A DNA stretch of 64,000 nt. Origin: an uncultured Nitrospiraceae bacterium (GTDB lineage: Bacteria > Nitrospirota > Nitrospiria > Nitrospirales > Nitrospiraceae). Under the pieces are notes generated by a model. It was not told the DNA's origin, ran no database searches, and saw nothing but the letters and a program-made list of their open reading frames with translations. The stretch covers positions 992,001 to 1,056,000 of the forward strand of contig CAVPLT010000001.1 in assembly GCA_963706325.1 (NCBI GenBank), in the 5' to 3' direction. The stretch's first letter is position 1, and each line of letters begins with the position of its first letter. The translations under genes and the position numbers were made by a program. Shown piece by piece: positions 53,490 through 62,118 of the stretch.

Positions 53490-54473
53490 CTAAGCATACC
53501 CATGATCGCGAAACCACTTCACCGCCTTTGCCAGCGCCACTTCGACCGGTGTTTGTGGCAGGCCGAGTTCCCGGATGGCTTTGCTGCAGTCGTAGTGCAT
53601 TTTGTACTTGGCCATCTTCACGCCTTCGAGCGGAATGCGTGGCGAGAGGCCCGTCAGGTTCGAAAGCCATTGATTTGCATAGGCCAAAGGTAGAATGGCG
53701 AGGCGCGGCAACTTGATGGTGGGAGCCTTTACGCCGGTGAGACGGCTCAAGATCCGGAACACATCATTTAACATAAGATTTGTATTGCCGAGAATGTAGC
53801 GTTCGCCAAGGAGCCCTTTCTGCATGGCCAGGAGGTGGCCTTGGGCCACGTCCTCCACGTCGATCAGGTTCATGCCGGTTTCAATGTAGGCAGGCATGCG
53901 GCCCTTCATGAAGTCGACGATGATCTGGCCGGTGGGTGTGGGCTTCACGTCCGCTTCGCCGACCGGCGCGCTCGGGTTGACGATGACGACCGGCAACCCT
54001 TCCCGGGCGAGCTTCAGCACTTCCTGTTCGGCGAGATATTTTGAACGTTTATAGTGGCCGGCCATCTGCTCCAGCGCCACCGGCGTCTCCTCCGTCCCCA
54101 GCCCTCCGCCAGGCGGGAGGCCGATTGCGCCGATGGTGCTGCAATAGACCGTGCGCTCGATGCCGACCTCGCGGGCGACTTCCAGCAGAGTTCGCGTGCC
54201 GGTCACGTTGATATCGTAAAAGATGGACGGATCCTTGGCCCACAGCGCGTAATGCGCCGCCACATGGTAGAGCTGCCGACAGCCGCGGAGAGCCTGTCCC
54301 AGCGAGTCGCGGTCACGTAGGTCCCCATTGACCTGTTCGACCGGGAGTCCGACGAGGTTCTGAAGATTCGCGCCTTTTCGTGAGAGCACCCGGACCTCGA
54401 CCCCGGTCTTGACCAAGGCTCGCGCGACTGCGCCTCCGACAAATCCCGTTGTTCCAGTGACGAGCACTTTCAT
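53490..54473 (-). CDS. hpnA: Hopanoid-associated NAD-dependent epimerase/dehydratase
   Basis: GTTGFVG, HVAAHYALW, YKRSK, NPSAPVG..DVKPTPTG, MPAY. Confidence 0.85.
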   Translation of the reverse strand: MKVLVTGTTGFVGGAVARALVKTGVEVRVLSRKGANLQNLVGLPVEQVNGDLRDRDSLGQALRGCRQLYHVAAHYALWAKDPSIFYDINVTGTRTLLEVAREVGIERTVYCSTIGAIGLPPGGGLGTEETPVALEQMAGHYKRSKYLAEQEVLKLAREGLPVVIVNPSAPVGEADVKPTPTGQIIVDFMKGRMPAYIETGMNLIDVEDVAQGHLLAMQKGLLGERYILGNTNLMLNDVFRILSRLTGVKAPTIKLPRLAILPLAYANQWLSNLTGLSPRIPLEGVKMAKYKMHYDCSKAIRELGLPQTPVEVALAKAVKWFRDHGYA

Positions 54474-54474
54474 G

Positions 54475-54580
54475 ACGAGAACCGCGCGAAGCGTGAAGCG
54501 TGAATTGTGAAGCGCATGGGAAGCCCGGTGAGGTGACGGTGACAGTAAGCGATTGCACGCTTCACGAGATACGTTTCACG
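54475..54580. repeat. Heptamer tandem repeats in inverted arrangement
   Basis: CGCGAAG CGTGAAG CGTGAAT TGTGAAG ... CACG CTTCACG AGATACG TTTCACG. Confidence 0.65.
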
Positions 54581-54588
54581 GAAGACGG

Positions 54589-55479
54589 TTAACTCTTCCG
54601 AGAGGTGATGTAGCGCGCCAGTTCGCGGAGGGGATCGGCCTTGGCGCCGAATGAGGCGAGCCGGCCGTTGGCACGGGTGACGCAGTCTTCGGCTAATTGT
54701 TTGGCCCCTTCGACGCCGTAAAACGTCGGGTAGGTCTTTTTGCCACGCTGCGCGTCGGTATTGGGGTTCTTGCCAAGTTCTTCGCGTGTGCCGGTCACAT
54801 TCAGCACATCGTCGGCGATTTGGAAGGCTAGACCGATATTCTCGGCATAGACCGTCATGTCGTCGAGTTGAGCGGGAGTCGCCCCGGCCGTGATGGCGCC
54901 CATGCGTACGGCGGCCCGAATGAGCATGCCCGTTTTATGCTTGTGGATGGATTGGAGCGTGGCCAAGTCGATGTCTTTATTTTCCGCCTGGATATCGAGA
55001 ACTTGCCCGCCGACCATGCCGACGTTGCCGGATCCGGCGGCCAGTTCCTGAATCAGTCGGACTTGGCGCGCGGCATCGAGCCCATGGGCGGCGTTCGCGC
55101 GGAGGCACAGTTCAAATGCCATAGTCAGCAGCGCATCGCCGGCCAAAATTGCCATCGCTTCGCCATAGACCTTGTGGTTGGTGGGTTTCCCGCGCCGAAA
55201 ATCGTCGTTGTCCATCGCCGGGAGGTCGTCGTGAATGAGCGAATAGGTATGAATCAGCTCCAGCGAGGAAGCGACCGGAAGCACCGCCTGCCCAGCATTG
55301 CCGACCGCCTCGGCTGCGGCAATCGCCAGAATGGGCCGGACCCGCTTCCCACCGGCAAACAGGCTGTACCGCATGCTCTCGTGCAGGGTCGTGGGCATGG
55401 CTTCTGCGCTCGGGATCACCGATTGGAGATAGTGATCCACCTCCTCGCGCTTTCGCTCGAGATATTCACGAATATCCAT
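54589..55479 (-). CDS. ispA: Farnesyl/geranylgeranyl diphosphate synthase
   Basis: GGKRVRP, HDDLPAMDNDDFRRG, GGQ..D, KTG, FQIADDVL. Confidence 0.93.
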   Translation of the reverse strand: MDIREYLERKREEVDHYLQSVIPSAEAMPTTLHESMRYSLFAGGKRVRPILAIAAAEAVGNAGQAVLPVASSLELIHTYSLIHDDLPAMDNDDFRRGKPTNHKVYGEAMAILAGDALLTMAFELCLRANAAHGLDAARQVRLIQELAAGSGNVGMVGGQVLDIQAENKDIDLATLQSIHKHKTGMLIRAAVRMGAITAGATPAQLDDMTVYAENIGLAFQIADDVLNVTGTREELGKNPNTDAQRGKKTYPTFYGVEGAKQLAEDCVTRANGRLASFGAKADPLRELARYITSRKS

Positions 55480-55594
55480 GCCGGTTGGGGTCAGTTGACT
55501 CGTGGGACTCATGCAGAGATTGTGTGAACGCCGTAATTTTTCATGTGCGCGAGAGAGTAGCAAAGGGGTTTGAGGAGTGTCAAACGGGAGGGGG

Positions 55595-55690
55595 AGGGGC
55601 GGTGTCCAACATCCTCTTGCTCTCGGAACGCGCGCCCTATGAAGGGCCTCGTTCGACGTGCGCAGTTGAGGATTGCTGGACACCGCCCCT
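55595..55690 (-). repeat. Family-C intergenic hairpin element
   Basis: AGGGGCGGTGTCCA/TGGACACCGCCCCT stem enclosing the reverse complement of CTGCGCACGTCGAACGAG...GCGCGTTCCGAGAGCAAG. Confidence 0.8.
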
Positions 55691-55837
55691 GGGGGAGAGG
55701 TTAGGGCGAGGTTGGAAGGAGCATTGAGATGAGTTGGATGAGTGAAAAGGAGATGCATTCCGACTGCTAGCGGACTTGGTTGATTTCCCCATGGGAAAAG
55801 GGTATCCCTCAGCGGCTCAGGCTCAGGGGATTTCTGC

Positions 55838-56935
55838 ATGCCCACACTGAATTGGATCGGAAAAGAAGCGGTGGTGAATCATCAGCGGCAGGTGCCGTTT
55901 CACCTGCTGAAGGATGTGCCGGATCTCGCCTGCGGTGAGCCGGGCGACGGTAATCTCATCGTGCAGGGCGACAATCTCGTGGCGCTCAAGGCGCTTCTGC
56001 CCTACTACGCCGGACAGGTGAAATGCATCTATATCGACCCGCTGTATAACACGGGCAACGAGGGCTGGGTTTATAACGACAACGTGAACAGTCCCCTGAT
56101 GCGAGAGTGGCTCGGAAAGACCGTCGGCAAAGAAGGCGAGACGCTCGATCGGCACGACCGCTGGCTTTGCATGATGTATCCGCGCCTTGCTCTGCTTCGG
56201 CAGTTTCTGCGTGAGGACGGCGCAATATTTATCAGTCTCGACGACAACGAAATCCAAGCGTTGCGTTACGTGATGGATGAAATTTTCGGTGAGCAGAATT
56301 TCGTGACAACCATTGTTTGGGAGAAAAATTACGCACCAAAGCGTCTTCGAAATACCTCTCGGAAAACCACGACTACATAGTGCTCTACGCAAAGAGTAAA
56401 GCACATTGGCAACGGAACCTGATTCCCCGTTCAGAAAAACAGGATAAGGCCTACAGGAATCCCGACAACGATCTACGCGGACTTTGGCGGCCAAACAATC
56501 TTGCTGCGCGAAACTCCTATAGTCTTGGTGTCTATAGCATCACATGCCCATCCGGCCGTGTGATACCGGGGCCACCGAAAGGCTCTTACTGGCGGGTTTC
56601 GAAAGAGAAGTTTGAGCAACTCGACCGAGATGGACGAATCTGGTGGGGAAAAGACGGAAACAATGTTCCGGCACCGAAAATCTTCTTGAACGAGGTAAAG
56701 CAAGGGGTCGTGCCGATGACAATTTGGACCTACGAGGAAGCAGGGCATACTCAAGACGCGAAAAAGGAACTGATCGAAGCTCTCCCTGAGGCCTCCGAAG
56801 TCTTCACGACACCCAAACCCCCCAAGCTCGTGGCTCGGATTGTCCAACTTGCTGCAGGGCCGGAAGATCTCGTTCTCGATTCATTCGCTGGCTCGAGTAC
56901 GACAGGACATGCGGTTCTATCACTAAATAGGCAGT
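55838..56935 (+). pseudogene. mod: Type III R-M methyltransferase (mod), disrupted
   Basis: MPTLNWIGK, GDNL, YIDPLYNTG (DPPY altered), frameshift near 56340, LDSFAGSSTT, truncated 3' end. Confidence 0.85.
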
Positions 56936-58381
56936 CTCCTCGCCCAGGCGAAACGACACCCCGAGCTAAATTGCGCCTATGCCTTCTCGGTGTCGGAATC
57001 GATTACGGATGTACTGGCGGAGTTACGCGAAGCGCTGGAGAATAATGGCTTCACGGCCGCCGAAGCGGAGCGAATCATTGTTCCAATCCCGCAAGGCACA
57101 CTTCCGCTCGGCGTGCAGCCGCACACGTTGAAATTGGAACCATCCGAAATTGACGCCTCCGTGGCAGCGGTGCAGGTTGCGGCGCTGATGGGGAAGGTCC
57201 GTGTTGAAGCGGCAGCCGGTGAGATTATCATCGTGGTGCCGCTTGATGGAGACGACATCGAGAGACTGAAAAGCTGTGTCAGGACTCCGGAAGCCAAGGC
57301 GAAGGTTCAAGAGGCGGCTGAATTAGTACAAAAGGCCGAGCAGGCTTTCGGCGGAAGTGGGGAATCCAGGGTTCCGTCTCCCTATGAACAACAACTGGAC
57401 TTTTTCGTGCCGCTCCTCTGTGTCCGAGAGAACGGGATGTTGTTTGAGTTTGAAAGTACCTTCCTCATCGAGCACCCATGGAAGCTCAGCGACAAAGACG
57501 CTTCTTTGTCCGGCAGCTACGACCCCCTCAAACGTCCAGTGGGTTACGGGGGGATCCTCGATGTCGGCGTGAAGGGTGAGGTTCAGACTGAGGTGATTCA
57601 GGATCCTAAGGGTGCGGACTTTGTGGGGATGCTGCATCAGCAAACACTTCAATTGGGAGGCACGAACGAATGGTCTCTCGAAAGTCTGGTCGCGTGGCTA
57701 GACCGCGAGATCGATCACCACGATATTCCTGCCGGGGAATCGGCTGAGTTTCTGCGGAAGGTGATCCGAGGTCTTATAGCGACGACCGCCGTTACAGATA
57801 TCGATAGGTTGGCACTCGATCGATTCCGCCTTCGCGATGAGGTTGCGGTTCGTATTCAGGAACATCGGAAAAGTGAGCGCAAGGCGTCATTTCAAATGTT
57901 TCTCCTTTCCGACTCGCCACTCACCGTGAGTGAGGAACGCACGATCAACTTCAAGACGATGGGCTATGAACCGAGCCGCGTCTATGAAGGCGGCTTTCAG
58001 TTTCAGAAGCACTACTTTGGACCTAAGCCCGGTGAATTAACGGAAAAGACGGCCGACGGTCAAACGACGGAGGAGTTTCAGTGTGCCCAGTTCCTCGACG
58101 GGCTGGCTCAGGTTCGATTCTGGGTCAGAAATCTTGCGCGGAAAGCTACTTCCTTCAGACTTCAGACCTCGAAGGACTGGTTCTACCCAGACTTTCTCTG
58201 CCAATTGACGGGCGGACGCGTGTTGGCGATTGAATACAAGGAGAAGCATCTCTTCGACGGCGTTGACGCCGAGGAGAAACGAGCAGTCGGTGCGGTCTGG
58301 GCTTCCCGAAGTGGGGGCCGTTGCCTGTTCGTCATGCCTACTGACGGTGATTTTTCGAGCATCGCCAGGATCATTCAGTGA
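56936..58381 (+). pseudogene. res: Type III restriction subunit (res), C-terminal remnant
   Basis: QAKRHPELNCAYAF upstream of the track ORF; F.KHYF, EE..CA..LD, WVRN, FYPDF..IEYK nuclease motif; helicase domain missing. Confidence 0.8.
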
Positions 58382-58502
58382 GCTTGATTGGCGGTCTGTC
58401 TAACAGGGGCGCCGTTTTCAGGAGATCGGCATGTCCGTTACCTCAGATTGACGACGGCAGGCGAGTGGCATAGAGTGATTCCCACACCGAGGAGTGCTGC
58501 CC

Positions 58503-58685
58503 ATGGGTGCTCAGACTGCGAAACAAAAGATCCTTGAGGCTGTCGAGCGGCTGCCCGACGATGCAACTTTGGAAGATGCCATCGAACGGCTTTGCTTCCT
58601 CTCCAAGGTAGAGGAAGGGCTTCGCCAGTCTAATGCCGGCGAGACGATCCCCCACCAGGAAGCCGTTCGCCAACTGCTCGGATGA
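58503..58685 (+). CDS. Putative antitoxin
   Basis: LPDDATLED..KVEEGL..GETIPH; overlaps the toxin start (ATGA). Confidence 0.8.
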   Translation: MGAQTAKQKILEAVERLPDDATLEDAIERLCFLSKVEEGLRQSNAGETIPHQEAVRQLLG

Positions 58686-58969
58686 CCCTCCTTTGGACAC
58701 GTCGGGCCATCGCTGACGTCCAGGCCATCAAGCAATTCATTGCCAAAGATTCGCCGCATGCGGCCCAGTTGGTGGCTCAGCGACTCGTGGCTGCAGTGGA
58801 CCGCTTGATACTGTTTCCCCAGTCAGGTTGGATGGTGCCAGAACTTGCCGATCCACAGATTCGCGAAGTCGTTCAGGGCTCCTATCGCATTGTCTATCGA
58901 GTGACACAGGAGCAGGTGCATGTCCTCACCGTGCACCACGCGGCCCGCCTGTTCGCCCTGGGACAATAG
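58682..58969 (+). CDS. RelE/ParE family toxin
   Basis: WTRRAIAD..I..FIA.DSP.AA, FP.SG..VPE, IRE, YRIVY, V.H.AR. Confidence 0.9.
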   Translation: MTLLWTRRAIADVQAIKQFIAKDSPHAAQLVAQRLVAAVDRLILFPQSGWMVPELADPQIREVVQGSYRIVYRVTQEQVHVLTVHHAARLFALGQ

Positions 58970-59071
58970 TCCACTAAGTCACCTTACCCCCACTCTGCTA
59001 GGGACTGGCATCCAATCGTTTTCTTCGCTTTTCCCTGAGGGAGTCATGCGGCGTCTATCCATTTCTCTCCT

Positions 59072-59167
59072 AGGGAGTTACCTGGCGATCCTTCACTGCC
59101 CGCATCGGACGAGCAGATTCTAATCGTGCGCGTTCTGGGAGCAAGAAGGATCGCCGGGTGGCTCCCT
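59072..59167 (+). repeat. Family-C intergenic hairpin element
   Basis: AGGGAGTTACCTGGCGATCCTT/AAGGATCGCCGGGTGGCTCCCT stem enclosing CACTGCCCGCATCGGACGAG...GCGCGTTCTGGGAGCAAG. Confidence 0.82.
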
Positions 59168-59219
59168 CTCTTCCCTTCTCCTTGTTTTTTCTTTGACCCG
59201 TTCGCTATACTTCGGCCTT

Positions 59220-59510
59220 ATGAGTATCAGGAGAGCGGCCGGTGATTGGGAGCCCATGCTGCTGGGGATTGAACCCCGGAACTGCAAAGTTTGCCAACTC
59301 GGGCTCTATCGCGATAAAACGATGTGGCGCGGTGGGTGGTCGCGCTGTGCGCGGTGCGACGAATTCGTGCATTACAGTTGTCTTGCCAGCGGGAAAGTCA
59401 GCTTTCTGAAGGCGCGTCCACGCATTTGCAAGACCTGCCGTGCCGCTGAGCAGCAGTCGAAGCAAGTCGTGCTGCCCCCTTCCAGCGAACCCGCTCCAGT
59501 AGGATCATGA
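59220..59510 (+). CDS. Small Cys4-His-Cys3 zinc-finger protein (PHD-like)
   Basis: CKVC...WSRCARCDEFVHYSC...ICKTC. Confidence 0.75.
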   Translation: MSIRRAAGDWEPMLLGIEPRNCKVCQLGLYRDKTMWRGGWSRCARCDEFVHYSCLASGKVSFLKARPRICKTCRAAEQQSKQVVLPPSSEPAPVGS

Positions 59511-59842
59511 CCCTCCTCCTCGAACCACATCAACGCTCAGCCAGACCAAACTGGCATGTGTACTTTTCCCACGTTCTTCGGTATGTGCTCGCACCGATGC
59601 TATTCCTCTCAAGCGGGTTCTTCACGTCCAACTTCATCATGATCGGGCACTACACGTGGCCTAGAACCAGCCGGGTATTCGTGCTGACATTGACCCTGCT
59701 CATTTTAGCCTACGAGTTCATTTACAAGGATCAGACGGTCCGATCCGCTTTGCCGGACCGGGCCTTCAACGCCGTGCTGTACTCCTGCATGATCCCCTAC
59801 GCGCTTGGCGCGTTGATGATGCTGGGGCTAGCGAAACTGTAG
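59507..59842 (+). CDS. Hypothetical membrane protein (about 3 TM)
   Basis: Hydrophobic segments; ATGA overlap with the upstream gene. Confidence 0.7.
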   Translation: MTLLLEPHQRSARPNWHVYFSHVLRYVLAPMLFLSSGFFTSNFIMIGHYTWPRTSRVFVLTLTLLILAYEFIYKDQTVRSALPDRAFNAVLYSCMIPYALGALMMLGLAKL

Positions 59843-59906
59843 CAGGATGTTGAAAAATCCCCCAGCTTTGTTCTCGCATCGCTGGGTGGTCTTTTTGAAC
59901 ATCCTG
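59843..59906 (+). repeat. Internally deleted family-A element at a stop codon
   Basis: TAG|CAGGATGTTGAAAAAT CCCCCAGC..GTTCTC..GCTGGG..CTTTTTGAACATCCTG. Confidence 0.85.
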
Positions 59907-59965
59907 TAAGTATCTGCCGGACGATTCCAGACGCAGGAACCTTTAGCGGTCTTCAACAGGTGACT

Positions 59966-60340
59966 ATGGGGCAGCGGTTTCAAAGCGGCGCCTTCGTGCA
60001 GCAATGTTTCGCGGTCCATCCCCTGTGTTTATCGCTGAAGCGAATTGATGCTGAGGGACGCCTGCTCGTTTCTTGCACCTCCTGCCGCATGATGCACCAG
60101 ATGGTGACTACCCAAATAGTGGCGCGAGTGGCCGCCGTCCCGCTCGGCGGTGAGGTGATCAGCGCTAAGGCGCTCCCGACTGCCAAGGAGCTCCTGACGA
60201 CCTGCGTTCAGACCCATCCCGAGGCGGTCACCATTCGGGAACTCGATGTGATCCGCGATAACGTGGGCTTGCGCTGTGGTGAGTGCCGCCGAATGTATGA
60301 TTTGCAGGTGTCGATGTTTGAATCTCACCAAAAGTCTTAG
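59966..60340 (+). CDS. Hypothetical protein with duplicated C-x3-HP...CxxCR motif
   Basis: QCFAVHP...CTSCRMMH and TCVQTHP...CGECRRMY. Confidence 0.75.
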   Translation: MGQRFQSGAFVQQCFAVHPLCLSLKRIDAEGRLLVSCTSCRMMHQMVTTQIVARVAAVPLGGEVISAKALPTAKELLTTCVQTHPEAVTIRELDVIRDNVGLRCGECRRMYDLQVSMFESHQKS

Positions 60341-60564
60341 TCGGATGCTGAAGTCCGCGGGCAGAGTTCTCGCCTCGTTCGGACCCTCAACGTACCCCCT
60401 GTGGGAACAGAGCCTGCCTCTGCAGGCTCGGAGTGGGCGGGTAAGAACCGTGACGCCTTTGGGGCAAGACACCGCCGGCTCACTTTCTCGCCGGCGTCCA
60501 CAGACCTGGCGCTCCTTATTCGTCGCGCCGTGGACCTTGCTGGACGGCCTTTTTGAGCATCCTA
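60341..60564 (+). repeat. Family-A element at a stop codon, carrying module B (minus strand)
   Basis: TAG|TCGGATGCTGAAG...GTTCTC...TCAACGTAC...module B 60467-60538...CCTTTTTGAGCATCCT. Confidence 0.85.
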
Positions 60565-60649
60565 CTGAGGGGGCTACTATGGCGCCATACGCACGGACCT
60601 TCGGAATCCGCACCCATCAATATGATATTCCCGCAAGTTGCTAGACGAT

Positions 60650-61279
60650 ATGGATTTTCCCTCTCACGAACTGTCTCTGACCCCGGATGAACTCCGGCTG
60701 GTGGCGGATAAAGACCTGTTCCACACCAAAGAGCGCATCATCCTGAAGATTCGGGATGTGCTCACGGAGCTTCAGCGGGGTCTTCAGGAAGATCTGGGCC
60801 GGAATATGCTGCTGTTGCCGCCGGAGTTCGAGCCGGCCAAGGTGCAATTCGTGAAGGGCGAACGGTTGGAGAACTGTCCCTATCAGTATCTGGACTATCC
60901 GAAACATTTTCTAGGGGATGATAAATTCACCTTTCGATCGATGTGTTGGTGGGGACACCACCTCGTCTTTGCGTTGATCGTAGATGGCGGACTGGTCAAG
61001 CAGTACAAGAAGAATTTTGTCGATCGATTCCACCAGCTGGCCGGTCAGGACCTCGAGCTCTCACTCGCGCCGACGCTCTGGGAATGGAAGCGCGGGGAGG
61101 GGTATACGCTGCCCATTACCCACGATCGGAAAGCCCAGCTGGCGGCAGTATTATCGGGGCGGTCCTGGTTCAAGATCGCCCGGTTCGTGCCGTTGGATTC
61201 GCCGGCCATGCAGGAAGGCCTTCTGTCGGAGCTCGCCCGAGACACCTTCCGAAGCCTGTTGCCGCTCCTGACGCCGTAA
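60650..61279 (+). CDS. Conserved hypothetical protein
   Basis: Typical codon usage; KGERLENCPYQYLDYPKHF..FRSMCWWGH motif. Confidence 0.75.
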   Translation: MDFPSHELSLTPDELRLVADKDLFHTKERIILKIRDVLTELQRGLQEDLGRNMLLLPPEFEPAKVQFVKGERLENCPYQYLDYPKHFLGDDKFTFRSMCWWGHHLVFALIVDGGLVKQYKKNFVDRFHQLAGQDLELSLAPTLWEWKRGEGYTLPITHDRKAQLAAVLSGRSWFKIARFVPLDSPAMQEGLLSELARDTFRSLLPLLTP

Positions 61280-61436
61280 TGGGCGTCTGTATTCAATCAT
61301 TCCTCCGTGCCGCGTACCTGCCGTCCGCCTCGGTTGTTCCCTTCTCCGGCGCCCGTTTCCTGTTTGTCATCCCGCTTGGAGTTGGGTAGACTGTGGCCCG
61401 TCTTAGGCGAACCCACTTACTGACAGGGAGGGATGT

Positions 61437-62088
61437 GTGATTGCACAGGGATGTCGAATTGCAAGTCAGGTCTGTATCGCAGTGGGGCTGGCGCTGCTCT
61501 TGGGCTGCGCCGGAAAAGGAGAGATGGTCTCGCTCAACGTGCAGCCGCAGCAACCGTTCGTGCAGAGCGGCCAACCGGAGCCGTTGAAGATTGTGATCGA
61601 GCCGTTTGAAGATCTTCGCGCCGACAAATCGAAGATCGGTCAGCGTACCCATTTGGGCGGCGGGGTGACGAATTTCAATGTCAGTGGAGGATCACCCGGC
61701 GTGACGATCGCCGAAGCCCTGGCGGAAACCTTGCGCTGGCGAGGATGGAATCGCCGTGGGTGGGATGCGCGGGTCGTGCAGTCGGGTGTCGGCGATCTCG
61801 GGAGCTGATATCGTGATCGGCGGAGAAATACGGGACTTTGCGGCGAATGCAAAAAGCCGCGTCTTCAATACCAAATTGACGGGCGAGAGCCGTCTGGTCA
61901 TCAAAGCCAAGAATCTTGCAGACGACAGCAGCACGCAGCGCAACATTCAAGGCGAACAGAGCAAACTCGTCTTCTGGTTCACCAGTGAAGATGTCGAAAC
62001 GCTTATGTCCGGCCTTTTGCGAGATGGGATCGACCGCTTTCTCACCGATACGAAAATCGAAGGCCGCGCATTGAAGTCGGCCAAGTGA
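61437..62088 (+). pseudogene. YajG-like lipoprotein split by a frameshift near 61790
   Basis: LLGC lipobox and FEDLR in the first frame; ADIVIGGEIRDF continues in the second frame. Confidence 0.65.
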
Positions 62089-62118
62089 GGTGGGTTAGAT
62101 TCGCCAGCGGTTCGGTCG

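Noticed and set aside
55480..55845. Long N-terminal extension of IspA
   Set aside because: Runs through a family-C repeat and the promoter region; family similarity starts near MDIREYL.
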